Source: Podarcis pityusensis (Eukaryota). Taken from it: a stretch of 64,000 nucleotides of DNA. The notes beneath the pieces were generated by a model. The model saw only the letters and a list, made by a program, of their open reading frames with translations. It did not search any database and was not told the DNA's origin. The DNA is taken from assembly GCA_964106645.2 (NCBI GenBank), contig OZ067042.1. The stretch is one strand, 5' to 3'. The translations under genes and the position numbers were made by a program. Positions 36,605-49,230 of the stretch are shown here, one piece after another (the stretch's first letter is position 1; each line of letters opens with the position of its first letter).

Positions 36605-36950
36605 GGGACATGGGTGGCGCTGTGGGTTAAACCACAGAGCCTAGGGCTTGCCAATCGGAAGGCCGGCGGTTCAAATCCCCGCGACGGGGTGAGCTCCCAT
36701 TGCTCGGTCCCTGCTCCTGCCCACCTAACAGTTCGAAAGCACGTCAAAGTGCAAGGAGATAAATAGGTACTGCTCCGGCAGGAAGATAAACAACATTTCT
36801 GTGCGCTGCTCTGGTTCGGCATGCTTAGTCATGCTGGCCACATGACCCGGAGGCTGTATGCCGGCTCCCTGGGCCAGTAAGCAAGATGAGTGCCGCAACC
36901 CAGAGTCGTCCGCGATTGGACCTAATGGTCAGGGATCCCTTTACCTTTTA
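36605..36950 (+). mobile_element. Full-length Sauria SINE (Squam1)
   Basis: Box A tggcgctgtggg, box B ggttcaaatcc, Sauria body, tttacctttta tail and TSD tacaga on both sides. Confidence 0.95.
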
Positions 36951-37130
36951 TACAGACAGTAGCCAAGGTCAGGGAAGTAGCAGCAGAGATCAGTAGCTTC
37001 TGTACAACTTTTTGCATCTTCAGTTTTTGACACAAACACAGCTTTTCTTGCAACATATAACAAGTTATGCCAACAGATACTGCAGGGTTTCCTGCACTTG
37101 TCCTAGCTTGGCAAGAGTGAGAACTGAACA

Positions 37131-37186
37131 GGAAGGAAGGAAGGAAGGAAGGAAGGAAGGAAGGAAGGAAGGAAGGAAGGAAGGAA
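37131..37186. repeat. (GGAA)14 microsatellite
   Basis: Seen directly. Confidence 0.97.
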
Positions 37187-40100
37187 TCCCACCCATCCCC
37201 ACCCCACTAGAAAGTGCTAGATAATCACTTGCTTGCAGTGTACCTTTCACATGTGTCATGTCTCCCTAGTGAATTTCAGAGAGGGTAAAAGTAAAGGGTA
37301 TAAACCTCCCCCCCTTTTATTATTCTTTAAATAGCACAGCACACACATCTCAACTATAGATTCCCTCGGGCAATGTATTCATTCATTTTGCTCTATAAAC
37401 TCCTGTACAGCTAATCTTTAGCCACCATGGATATGTTTAGGTATGAATATCAAACTGCTGATTTCGTTTCATTTCTGTCCTTCACAGTTACTACTTTCAG
37501 TTCTGCCAGGGAGGGAGAGGGGTTTGTGGGGGGAGGAAGAAAAAAGAGAATCTCCCAGCCTGAAGAGTGTCCCTTTCAAACTAGGACCATTGCTTAAAAC
37601 TGAGTGTCACAGACTATGGCAGTTCAATATTTCATAGCCAATACAAGGAATGAACACCACCACTGCAACTTTAAATCTTGGTAAATCCCCTATGTCAGCC
37701 TCTCCCTCTCATTGAAATGCCAGAGGGAGCAGCAATCAGAGAGGAGATGTTCAACGTGATAGAGGTCAGGACACCAGTGGATCAACGTACCAGAAACACG
37801 ACCTTGTTTATTTTTTTCTCCAGTATTATTGTTTACAGGGTGCTTTGTTCATGTACCTTGTGGTTCTTAGCTAAAAGATGAAATTACAGCCCAGGATGGA
37901 GCGCTCAGGCACACATCCAATTTGTGTTTCCATCTCAGAAAACAAAAAGCTTTGGAGGCCCTCGGGCTGCCATTCAAACTTGGAGAGGCTGACATTTTTA
38001 ACAGCATGAACCAGAGACTGGCAGAGGGAATGATCGAATGCATTTCTAACTTGTCAATCAAAGATCTCACCTCTGCTGTCTTGTAAACAGTTGGGAGCCA
38101 CCTAAGTACATTCATAAATGGGGGACAAGCTAGCCACCAGCTAGGGGGCTGAAGCCATGGGCTTTTGCTGCCAGCCCTCAAAATTAAGATTTGGTTTTAT
38201 AATCTCACTGTAAATATCCTGCAGGTACTTTACTAGAACCAATGGAGCAGAACTAGAGTTGAAAATACTCTATGGATTTCAATCCACTGTGTTTCTCCTA
38301 GGTCAATGGATCTTCTGACTATGGAGTCATCTTGCTTCCAATTATGGGCAGAAAGCATTCTGTTTATCACAACGGGTCACTAAAGAATTTCTTCAAAAGA
38401 TTATTCACTACTATTGGAGCCTTAGAAATATACACAGCAGAACATGGGGCTTTTTTTACAATCAGGTGGCATTTAATTTTACGGAATAAAATGAACAAAC
38501 AGCCATATGCCTGTTTAGTCTGTGATACACCATTGCAACAGGGATTTGTTGAATATAAATATGCACAGGAAAAAGTACAATAGCCATAATCACAAAGGAA
38601 TATTCTACAAATTCAGAAGAAAATATAAAATATGAAATATAATTTAGTACTGGACTCTTATAATTCTGCTTTGCCACTTTCATAGTATCCACTATCAGTT
38701 GGCAGGATGAAACCTCCCTCACCTAAAAGCCTGTTCAAAGTGCAAGAGCCCTGCTGGATCAGAACAATGGCCCAACTGGCCAAGCATCCTGTTCTCAGAG
38801 TGGTCAACAAGATAGAGCAATGATTCTGAAAGCATAGACTGTAATCAACCTTTGCAATGAGGAAAGTCTTCAGCATAGCTTCTCAGCATAGCAGAAACTG
38901 TGGATTTCACTTCCCCTTTGCGGATTTGAAGCAACAGGTGGAGCTCAAGCAAATCATCTGACAGCTGTGTTTCTAGCTCTGTTGTTTTTGCTACAGTTTA
39001 GAATCTCTCTGACCTTCCAAACTGGACAGTAATTTCTTATTGCCTGCTGCATATAAGCAGATTTCCCTTTTTAACCAGAATATACTGGTACTGCAAATAA
39101 TGCATATACATCTAGCTTGTCACAGCCATCTCTGGAAATTAAAACACACATATAGTTTTGGCAGGAACAAAACAAGCAACCCAACAGGAAAAATGTGTCA
39201 TTAGTTTTAGCAGACAAGCAATAGACTCAAACATGCTACCAAATCCCTTACCTCTGAATTCTAGTTTGGGGAAAGTATAACCTGAATTCTTTCAAACTGT
39301 ACATATCAAGGAACAAATGTACTGAGGAAATTTAAATTTGGCCTCCATTTCTGAAAATGAAAAAGGATACACCCTCGTCTTCCTATTCCCTACAGCTTTG
39401 CCAGATGTCCGGAATACTGAGAGGGTGCATTCGGAGTCCATCAATGCCAAGTATTGGCTCAACTAGGAGAGCTGCTGCAGAATGATCTAAGATGCGTCAG
39501 CACTATTTTCACATCACTCAAGGCAAGAAGCCAGATTTAAAATTAAGTCAAATCACAAGTTCTTGGCCACAAACCTACGGACTCATCCAGCTGACTGTCA
39601 CGATGATTCATGAGCCTTAGGAGCATGCTGGAGCAGCTATTCCATAAGGTTCCCCCAGGTGCTGGTACTCTGCACTGCTATTTCTACAGAATATTTATTG
39701 TTCTGAAGCAACAAACCATGCCTATTTTTCTTGTGAGTCTACATATAGTCACTTAGGTCCTCACAACTGGCTAAGATCAGCTTCCAGGATAGCCTCCTTA
39801 TACCGATCCTTAAATAGTCACCATGGTACTATTTATTTCACGCATACCTCTAATTCAGTGGTTTCAAAGGCGTGAGCTGGGATTATGAAGAGTGGACCAG
39901 GATTAATATCATTTTGTAATATTAATTAAATGCCAAGTCTGGTGTAACTGAAAAAGTTTGAGATAAATTAAAAATATGGGCTTAGTAAAAACGGGTCCAG
40001 TGTTAATGCTGTGTAGAATGTTATAGAATTCCTAGTAGTGTCAAAGCCCAATAAACAGGACATAAATGTGATCAGCCTAGAAATTCTCTGTTCTTGTCTA

Positions 40101-40299
40101 TGGGAATAACAATAAACCATTTTTTTCTTCTGAGTAACAATCTGCCTGTGAGGGCTCTTTGCATGATCTGGGTGTCCATCTCTCTGTAACCATGAATACT
40201 GACCCCCTAAAAGGCATGAATTGGGAGTCTGTAACCCTACTTCAAGGACAACTGCCAACACTCCTATAAATTCTGAAAGATTTTTAGCACAACAGTTTT

Positions 40300-40545
40300 A
40301 TATGTAGGTCCCCATGACTCAGCATGAGGTACACAGGACCTTTTCAGTTGTGATGAGCCTAAAGAAATATCCCCCTGAGAGAAGGCTGCTTAACTCCCAT
40401 CTCTGCTTTCCTTTTGACCAACAATGAAAACTTTGCAGTTCCACTGCCCCTTTGGCATTTGTATCTGCTGATCTGAAACTGTATTTTAATGATCTGTTTA
40501 AAGTATTGCTAGATAGGAAAGCGGGATGTAAATTCTTTGAAAATA
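40300..40545 (+). mobile_element. Degenerate L2 3' end
   Basis: aggaccttttcagttgtg (RAFSV-like) ...ctcccatctctgctttcctttt...gaaagcgggatgtaaatt tail. Confidence 0.45.
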
Positions 40546-41459
40546 TAAGTCAGCAAGAAACCTGCTGAAGGATTTTTTTGTTTTGGTGTTATGGATTGGA
40601 ATTGATGGTTGGAATCAAAGACAATTCTCATGGATTCTTCTTATTTTAAATGGCATAATTGCTCTCATCCTCTAATGCATATGATAATGTCTGAAAGAAC
40701 AAGCCACACACATTTCCTGAATAGCAGAACAACTTGGCCACCTATAGTCCAGGTAAATGAAAGCCTAGATCTTTTTTTGAAAGAAAATAAGAAAACTGGT
40801 TTTGTGAACTAGGGGGTGGGGACTAGTGAGGAAGCCCCTGAGCCTCAGTTCCAAGAAACAGAAAAAACACCACCCATAAGTACTTAATGTAGGTGGGAAG
40901 AAGCAAAAGTTAAAAGACCAAAGTTTGCTGTTCTGCTTCTATTCCCGCCCCCCAGCCCTACTTTCTTCTATAGTATCACCACTTTTTCATGCAGCTAGAT
41001 GGAAAAAGTACGTGCACATGACAGCAGCAATAGGCCAGAGACTCAACTGGCTTAAATACAAGTTACCAACTGTCAGTGTATTCCTATCCATATTTAATAA
41101 TCAAATACATACCACCTCCACCACCCCCTAAATGTAGAGTAGTAAAATTAAGGCATCAACTGTAGTACATCCAGATCAAAGTGAGCAGTAATAACCAAAT
41201 CTTGCATTTTGGGCCAAGCATTCTTACTATAGCTGAGCAAAAAGTTTCCAATCCTATCTGTATCTGACACTGCTGCGTTAGCGGTCAACTGTGGTTCTAT
41301 ACAAGATGTGGATGGCATTTATTAGTCTGGACAACATAAAGGAAACACAACTATGAAGCAAATACTACCACTATTACTACTACTAATGGAAAAGTTAATG
41401 AAAGCAAGCAAAAGCACAAGCAGGAGACACACCCAGAGAGAGAGAGAGTGAGAGAGTAC

Positions 41460-41567
41460 CTGGAAAGCTGTGAGTGCGCCAGTCCCTGGGTTATAGAGGC
41501 ATCGCAGCGAGGGCATGCTGTCCGCCAGGTTGGAGCAACCCAGCCACAGAGACCGGGGCATAGAGCA
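41460..41567 (-). CDS. BTRC: BTRC exon 2 (108 nt, phase 0-0; cassette exon in mammals)
   Basis: Acceptor cctttctctgcag|TGC and donor CAG|gtactc. Translates to CSMPRSLWLGCSNLADSMPSLRCLYNPGTGALTAFQ, nearly identical to the human long-isoform segment CSMPRSLWLGCSSLADSMPSLRCLYNPGTGALTAFQ. Confidence 0.96.
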
Positions 41568-42052
41568 CTGCAGAGAAAGGACAACTATGAGATGGGACTG
41601 TATGAAACAGGATGGCACAGATTACAGGAACTTCTGGGGCCGACGTTTTCAGAAGAGTTATAGCTGACCGTAAGAGATTGGAGTAGCTTCCACATATCCA
41701 CACATTACCAACCTGAATATTCCCTTTAGAAAAAAGCAGGAAGGGAGGGTGGGAAGGCATAGGAAACACAACACACATGTCATGCTTAAGATCACATCAG
41801 CTCAATTAAGTATCTTGAAGACATGTTATACCATAGGTCACAAGAATTTCCTAATGTAAGGTAGTCAATGCTTTTAGTGGATTTTTAAGCAATTAATTAA
41901 CTGATTAAAACAAGTTTTACTTTAGCTAATGTAGGCATTTATCATGCCAGTCCCTTAGCCATGGTGTACGACTTGCTCTCCATTGTACAAATTTGTCCTT
42001 CTCTTCCCCACCAGGTCTTAATCACAGCTAGTCACCATCATGTCTACAACTA

Positions 42053-42232
42053 CCGTATTTACTTGAATCTAATGCACACCTTTTTTTGGCCAAATTACGT
42101 TGCAAGAATTAAGGTGTGCATTAGATTCAATGGCACATTTACATTAGCCAGCAAATACTTTTTTGGTTTCAAGGTTCTGAAAACTGAGGTGCGCATTAGA
42201 TTCGATGGAGCATTAGACTCTAGTAAATACAG
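42053..42232. mobile_element. Tc2/pogo-like MITE
   Basis: TA TSD; TIRs ccgtatttacttgaatctaatgc / gcattagactctagtaaatacag; internal repeats of gcattagattc. Confidence 0.85.
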
Positions 42233-42432
42233 TAGGTTAACTGTAGCTAACACTAAGGTTTGCTCCTAACCAGGGTTTAAAACTGACTGAAATCATGAGC
42301 AGCACTGAATAAAGTTAAAGTTTGTGAAGACATTACTGGAGTCAGGCAGCGGAGGAAGGATGAGATTACTAGTTCGCCTGCAAAGGCTCCTCTAACTCTA
42401 TGGTTCTACAAATGTAAGGATGGGAGCATATA

Positions 42433-42603
42433 CCATATTTTTCTGTTTAAAAGACTAGGTTTTCCCCCTAAAAAATAATGTCCAAAATTTGGGGGCATCT
42501 TATACACAGATAGATCTCCACCCCCCCTTTTCTTAAATCAGAGTCCCCCCCAAATAGGAGGCGTCTTATACATGGGGGGCGTCTTATAGATGGAAAAATA
42601 GGG
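42433..42603. mobile_element. Tc2/pogo-like MITE, second family
   Basis: TA TSD; TIRs ccatatttttctgtttaaaagac / gtcttatagatggaaaaataggg; repeated gcgtcttata. Confidence 0.8.
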
Positions 42604-43619
42604 TATATTCCATTGCCTGCTCCAGCTTCCTTAACCACAGCCAAGGGATGGGCAGCATTATGTGTGTACTAGCTCAATATGTCAACTTAGTTAATATTTT
42701 ACATGGTATTTAATGAAGGTAATAGTTCCTGTTAACCAAATGCCACAGGTAATTTACTCTTTGGAAAAGTGCCTCAAAGATATTGCCTGTATAAAGAGAT
42801 TCACGCAGATGTCACCTGCCCTCAGCACGCTGCATCCTTTTCTAACAATTACAGATATATCCATTCATTACACCAATTAATCAATTAATATTTTTTGCCC
42901 TGCTCTAAGCATAAGGGCTCCAGTTCACCTGCTGTCTTTTCCCATGCAGAGTCACTATTCAGCATGGGGTGAATAGTTCTGCCATGTAAGCAGAATGAAG
43001 GGTGGAAACGTCACACTGCATACAAAGGGAAAGGGGAGGAAATAGAATGAATTAGTAAGAAGATTGCAAGGAACCTGCAGCAGTCATATGGTTCAGCTGG
43101 CCTTGCTTAGATATTTTTTGGCAAGAAGATTTTTCATCTTTCTATGCAAACTAAAAGATGTGCAAGACCACCAGAAGGGGGGAAATTTTCTATTTTTAAA
43201 GTTACACCTAGTTTTCAATAAACTGCACTGGTTTGAGTGAAAAGTAAAACTTTGGAAATGACACACATTTTTAGCACCGAATGGACTTTAATATGAGAAC
43301 CCTCTAACATTTATTGGCCAAGCTGGTCATATGCTGACCTATATATGGAAGGACAGGACCATGAGAGATTAATGACTTGAGATTTTGCCTGTGAATCTTC
43401 ATCTGAGCTGTATTTTTTTATTTTTAAAAAGGTATCAAAGGGAGTGGGAAACAAACAGGTCCACAGTTGTCTCTGGTCTATCCCAGCTGTACACCTGTCT
43501 TCTGCTCTGGAAGCCTTCCTGGATTTAGGTCTTCCTCCCACTCCACCAACCTTGCCAGCCTAATGGTTACAGGTCATTTAAAAGGTGTCAACTGCTATCT
43601 GAAAATGCCTTAGAATAGG

Positions 43620-43755
43620 CCAGGAGAACCTGCCGACCTCCAAATATTGTTAGACTCCAACTCCCATCAGCCCCAGTGAGCATGGCCAGTGATCAAGTAT
43701 GAGGGGAGTTGGAAGCCCAACAGGACCTTGAAAGCCACATATTCTTCAACCCTAC
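43620..43755. mobile_element. Palindromic hAT-like MITE (related copies at about 36375-36430 and 47395-47517)
   Basis: ctccaaatattgttagactccaactcccatcagcccc...gggagttggaagcccaaca with internal inverted symmetry. The core ctcccatcagcccca is shared with the other copies. Confidence 0.6.
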
Positions 43756-44416
43756 CTTAAAGCAAGTAGAAAACACACATTTAAGTCAAGATTCCAAACA
43801 AACGTAATTAGTTTGGAAATAGTTGTAACTACATCAGAAATGGGTTCAGAAAAATAAACAAATTCAAGGCCCATGATCTGCAGCACTGTGGAAAAACCGA
43901 GTTATTCGATAAATCACCATTTTTAGACAAGTGCTTTCTATGTCAACTGTCTGAAGTTCCTGATGCAAGAGAGGTAGAGCAATTTAAACCCCCCAAGCAA
44001 ACTGCTTGCTAGTTTTTGAGGAACGCTTGAAGGACAATTCATTTTTAAAGGTTTTTTTCATTAGACACAGCATATGTAGCCTAGTCTGTGCAGCTTGCAT
44101 GATACCAGGCCCTACATTTTCTTTGTCTCAACCAATCAAGTAGGCCAAATTTTAATCATTAATATCAATTAATCTACTTAGGCTGCAATTCTGTGTACAT
44201 TTACCTGGAAGTTAGTCTCACTTATCAGAGGGAAAAATACATGCTATAAAGCTTGTAACCTTACTTTGCACCTTGTTTAAAAATTAGGTCAAACGGGAAG
44301 ACCAAGCCTGTCCATCCAAAAAACAGGGTAATTTCTAGCATGCAGTTGTCTCAAATAAATTTCTCAATTAAATTTCTTGGTGATGAGGGAAATCTGAACT
44401 ACCCATCAACTATGTA

Positions 44417-44633
44417 CAGTGGTACCTCTGGTTACGAACTTAACTCGTTCCGGAGGTCCATTCTTAACCTGAGGTACCACTTTAGCTAAGGGGGCCTCCC
44501 ACTGCTGCCACACTGCAATTTCTGTTCTCATCCTGAGGTAAAGTTTTTAACCTGAGGTACTACTTCCAGGTTAGCAGAGTCTGTAACCTAAAGTGTTTGT
44601 AACCCGAGGTGTTTGTAACCCGAGGTACCACTG
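44417..44633. mobile_element. Tc1/mariner MITE, family A
   Basis: TA TSD; TIRs cagtggtacctctggttacgaac / gtttgtaacccgaggtaccactg. Confidence 0.88.
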
Positions 44634-44849
44634 TATTACACAATCCACTCCAGGTTACAAGGCCTGTCGGCTATCAATATTTTAAGAGTTCTGTGGCTTA
44701 AACTTCAATTTGAGAATTGGCACCGAGTCACCAGTAATATCAATACTCCACAGATTGCAGAAAATGTGAGCAGAAATACTAGAGAGCCTGATGATCCCAA
44801 AGATTCAGTAAGAATCATGTGGTTTCTTCCTTTACAAACAAAGTATGGC

Positions 44850-45700
44850 CTTCCCTCTTTGTCCTCATAGCAAAAATGCTGCTCCACACTGATCATCTCT
44901 TGCCTTGATTAGTGAAATCTCCTTCTCTCTGGTCACCTTAATCCACCAATATCCATCTACTGCAAAAATTATTCACATATCTCACCACTCCTTAAATCCT
45001 CAAAAACATCCTGCCTGCTTTTTGCACAAGCTTCTTGTTCTTACCTTCAAAACTCGCCGTGGCTTTGCCTTACATTTCTGTATGCTTTTATCCTTCTGTA
45101 TCCATCTAAACCCTTGACTCTTCAAGTTACAACAACCTTCTTGCTTCCTGAAACAACTCCTTTTCTCCTTCCTGCTCCTAGTACTGGGAACTGCCACCAG
45201 AGAACTTACATGAGGATCTCCACCCCCAATTTCTTCCTTCAGATTCCTCTTTTAAACTCACCTCTTCTGTGATGCTTTTGGGACAATTCTTTATGCTTAA
45301 TACCCTACTTAACCGACTTGTCACAGTGCTTTTTTCTGAAATTCATTGCCATTTGACCCCCACAGCTTACAATTTTCCTCTGTACACCCACAGGCAAGCC
45401 AAAGAGAACACATAATACATTTGATCATGTGGCCTCTGGTCTACAAAAGCATATGCGGTAATAAATCTGTTAGCCTTTAAGGTGCTACAAGATTCTTTGT
45501 TCCCAATAGCCTACTGAAACAAATCCAAAGTGTGTGTGTGTAATCGCATATTTCTACCTTGTTCATCTTTCCCTCCATTTCCTTACTCTTCATCTGTTGC
45601 CTCCCTTGTGTCAATTGTGAGACTGTATGCCCCTTGGGGTAGGGACCTGTCCTCTCATTCTCAATAAAGCAAATGTAAATAGATGACACTCAGTAATAAT
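44850..45700 (+). mobile_element. Old L2 LINE fragment with 3' end
   Basis: HKLLVLTFK-like segment, tttaaactcacctcttc (LKTHLF) and L2 tail gactgtatgccccttggggtagggacctg. Confidence 0.6.
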
Positions 45701-45730
45701 AAGCCATAGGGAATTCCCAATCCTGTACTC

Positions 45731-46013
45731 CAGGGGTGGCCAACTCCTGAGAGACTGTGATCTACTCACAGAGTTAAAGCCTGCCAGTGATCTACCCCCT
45801 TTGAGGGGTTCAGGTCAAAGTTGTTAAGCTTTTTTTAGGGAGGACGAAAGCTCCTTTTTGGGGGCAAATTTAAATGTTGGGGCAGGGCAATTTAAATGTT
45901 GAACTTTTGGGGGGGAGCCAAACTTGTTGATCTTCTTTGGGGGGAGCCAGTGATCTACCACAGATCTCCAGTGATGTACTGGTAGATCACTATCTACCTG
46001 CTGGACGTGCGTG
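45731..46013. mobile_element. hAT MITE with perfect 8-bp TSD
   Basis: TSD ctgtactc at 45723-45730 and 46014-46021; starts caggggtggccaac; subterminal gatctac repeats. Confidence 0.88.
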
Positions 46014-47394
46014 CTGTACTCCATACCACCAGCATATTTATTCACCCTCTCCGATCTTTTTCATTCTGAAAACACTTTTTTCTTAAGAATGGAGGCAGTT
46101 TTCCTCTGTTGCATTTTAAGAGTCAACCTAAAGTAACACAGCTTTCTTGAGTGTTACACCTAGAGTTATCTGCTTTGCAAACTCCTCACTTTGGTACATG
46201 TACTCTCTGCTTGTAACACACTGTGCTCTATAAGATAAGAATAGGTGAGTGAATGGACTGTGTCTTGTGTCTCAAATGCAGGGGGAGAGCCAATGCCATT
46301 TTAGTTTCTTTCCATGCTAAAGCTTCAGAATATGCACTTGTTCAAATATTCTTCATGACTCTGTCCTTAGATGCATGCCACATACAACCTGTGTTTGCCA
46401 CTGCATATACATAAGATGGGGAGCTGTGGCCTATTCAGCTTCATTGCACATTTATCTATATAAATACATACAATGGGTGTATACAAATGTTTTTACATAA
46501 ACATACAAAATGTGGCATAGCCCTTAAAGGAAACTGAATTCTGCTCATCCTGTAAGATACCCAAAGTTTGTATGAAGGAAATCAGTATCACTACATGGAA
46601 ATAAGTACACAAGAATCCTGAAAGTTAAAGGTAAATACATATACATATACATATAGCATATATTGGGTAACACTGTTTCTTCCATCAACTAATTCATACT
46701 CTTAGGTTTGATGCAGTTATTCATAATTTTTGTCATATACCTAACAAAATTCATATTTACTTCAAGAGGTATGGCTTTTTCTTTTTCTTCAAAGGAGGCA
46801 ACATTTATTATGTTTTAAAAGACCAATCTACGAATGGAAAACGTCATTCCTGTTCTTGCCTTCCACCCAAAGAAAGCACAGGCTTTAAATTGCTAGTGGT
46901 GTCTGAAAAAAGCTTATTCACAAACTCAAACAAAAGGCCTCAGGTGTTTCAACAGAAACACAATGTGTGTAAATCAGAGGAGTGACCCAACAGGACACCT
47001 TCATTTACTGCCTCAGTGCTAAGAAAGCTCAATAGGCACTTCTCAGAACTCCTGGTCAAGCTGTGTACTTCAAAAACTCACTACTGCACTGACAGCTCCA
47101 CAAACAAGGGCCACATTGTTTATCACCGAAATAGTGATTGACAGTATCTCCTGCTTGCACCCATGTCAACTACAGAGTAAAAAACCCCAAACAAACCAAA
47201 ACCCAAAAGAAATAATGCAAACCACAGTATGTACAGAGTTGCTCATCAGGGAAGGAAGATAATGGAATCAGTGTTTCTATCCTACTGCCCTACCCCAAAT
47301 TGTTATCACCATTTGATCTAAATTATGCTGTAGTCTCTCTCAGCACCTTTTAGACCTGGTCCCCACACCTGGTCTAAATGGTGCTGAGGAAGAC

Positions 47395-47517
47395 ATTGTG
47401 CCCTCCAGATGTTGACAAGCTACAACTTCCATCAGCCCCAGCAAGCATGGCCAATTGCCAGAGATTATGGGAGCTGTAGTTCAGCAACATCTGGAGGGCC
47501 ATGCGTTACCCACACCT
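47395..47517. mobile_element. Palindromic hAT-like MITE
   Basis: ccctccagatgttg...gctacaacttccatc ... gggagctgtagttcagcaacatctggaggg (inverted arms). Confidence 0.7.
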
Positions 47518-47697
47518 GAGACCCAAAGAGGAATCAACCTCTAGAACAGGGTGGTCCAACCTCTCAGACCAAGTGGGCCACAAGAGTACATCAACACAGA
47601 ACCCAAGGGCCACACACTGAATTAAATTTCAATATCGTACAGTTTGCAACATGGTTAATATTATTTAACATACACAATTAACTTATATACTTGAATA

Positions 47698-48051
47698 CAG
47701 TGGTGCCCCGCAAGACGAATGCCTTGCAAGACGGAAAACCCGCTAGACGAAAGGGTTTTCCGTTTTTCAATGCGCTTCGCAGGACGAATTTCCCTATGGG
47801 CTTGCTTCGCAAGACGAAAATGTCTTGCGAGTCTTGAGATTTTTTTTCGCTTCCCCCCCTTTTTCTAAGCCGCTAAGCCGCTAATAGCCTTTTAGCAGCT
47901 AAGCCGCTAAGCCTTTAAGCCTTTAATAGCCGCTAAACCGCTAATAGCGCTAATCCGCTAAGCCGCTAATAGGGTTGCTTCGCAAGACGAAAAAACCGCT
48001 AGACGAAGACACTCGTGGAACAGATTAATTTCGTCTTGCGAGGCACCACTG
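47698..48051. mobile_element. Tc1/mariner MITE with internal gccgctaa repeats
   Basis: TA TSD; TIRs cagtggtgccccgcaagacgaa / ttcgtcttgcgaggcaccactg; CpG-rich, so probably young. Confidence 0.9.
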
Positions 48052-48419
48052 TATATATAATTAAATACCAATGTGTGAAATTCGCCAGGCACCGGGTGAA
48101 GATGCAACAAAGTGAAGATGCTTCAACTCCCTCCGTCATGTTACCTGTTAAACTGGAAGATGGCTGTTTGCAGCTGGGAGTCTGTTCTGACGTTGTAGGC
48201 TCCCTGCAAATGTTAGAACCCTACCAGTGAGAGATGGTTGCCCTCCAACTCACAGAGGACAACTGGAATGCAACTGATGGGACATGGCAAACATCCCTGC
48301 CCTCATTTCCTCTGCTACAATTAATATCATGTGGCAGAATGAAACCCAATAGGCCTCTTGTTGTCTTCCGCAACTAGTGAGGGAATGAATACATAATTTT
48401 CACAAAACAACCATTTCTT

Positions 48420-49230
48420 TTTGAATCTTTTTTATTTATTTAAGCAAGAACATATACTTCAACAACATAAAAGAATACATAAGAATAATGAAACAAAAAT
48501 TACAATGCACTACAATTACATTAAAATTAAAACATCCACACCCAAAAAATGCAAACTGGGTTGTTTCATTCACAATCCCTGGGAAAAATAATTATTATCC
48601 TTGGTGTTGTGGGATAGTAATTTTTCTGAAAAGATTTGATATATAAATATCAGGATGTCCTCCAGGTCTTACAATACTGTCACTTACAGCTGCGAAGACA
48701 CTTAGAATTCAGTATAGTAGCATATTTCACAAGAGCCGTTTGAACATTGTTAGCATTATTAATGTACATAAAATAAATTCTTGCCACACATTTGAAAATG
48801 AATCTTTTTTTGTTTGTCCACTAGCATATCTTAATTTTGAGTTAATTTTTCAGCAATGGCTATGAAACAGATTTGACTATAACATAAATCCTGATAAACC
48901 TTCTTGTGATAACAATCCTGGGGGCTAGCAAAAAATATAGAATCAATTATTCGTCCAAACCATCTTCACTTGGGCTCACCCCATATGCCCAGTAATGCTA
49001 ACAAAGGGATTGGTATCAATTCCTCTTTTGTTATTAAATTAATTTCTAGGAACACCATCTCCACAAAAGCTGCTATGGCCAACATTCCCAACCTAAGTGG
49101 AAATACTTACCTTTTTGTTTCTATCAGCACCAGCATTTTGGGGACAGACTGGGGATATTATGTGATAAAATCATTGATTTATAGTGCCACTAAATATTAT
49201 TTTAAGAGCCTCTTTAGTTTGTTCTGAAGT
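48420..49230 (-). mobile_element. L1 3' fragment
   Basis: Minus strand YFHLGWECWP*QLLW (HMWWECPxxxxFW motif) and LYFLLAPRIVITR. The A-rich tail with aataaa is at the left end. Confidence 0.6.

Noticed and set aside
36605-36690. tRNA gene (box A and box B present); likewise at about 50650-50727
   Set aside because: These are tRNA-derived SINE heads followed by SINE bodies and tails.
41322-41618. 98-aa ORF as a standalone gene
   Set aside because: Only the central 36 codons are BTRC exon 2; the rest is intron read-through.
47860-47975. CRISPR-like short repeats
   Set aside because: Vertebrate DNA; contiguous degenerate tandem units without unique spacers, inside a MITE.
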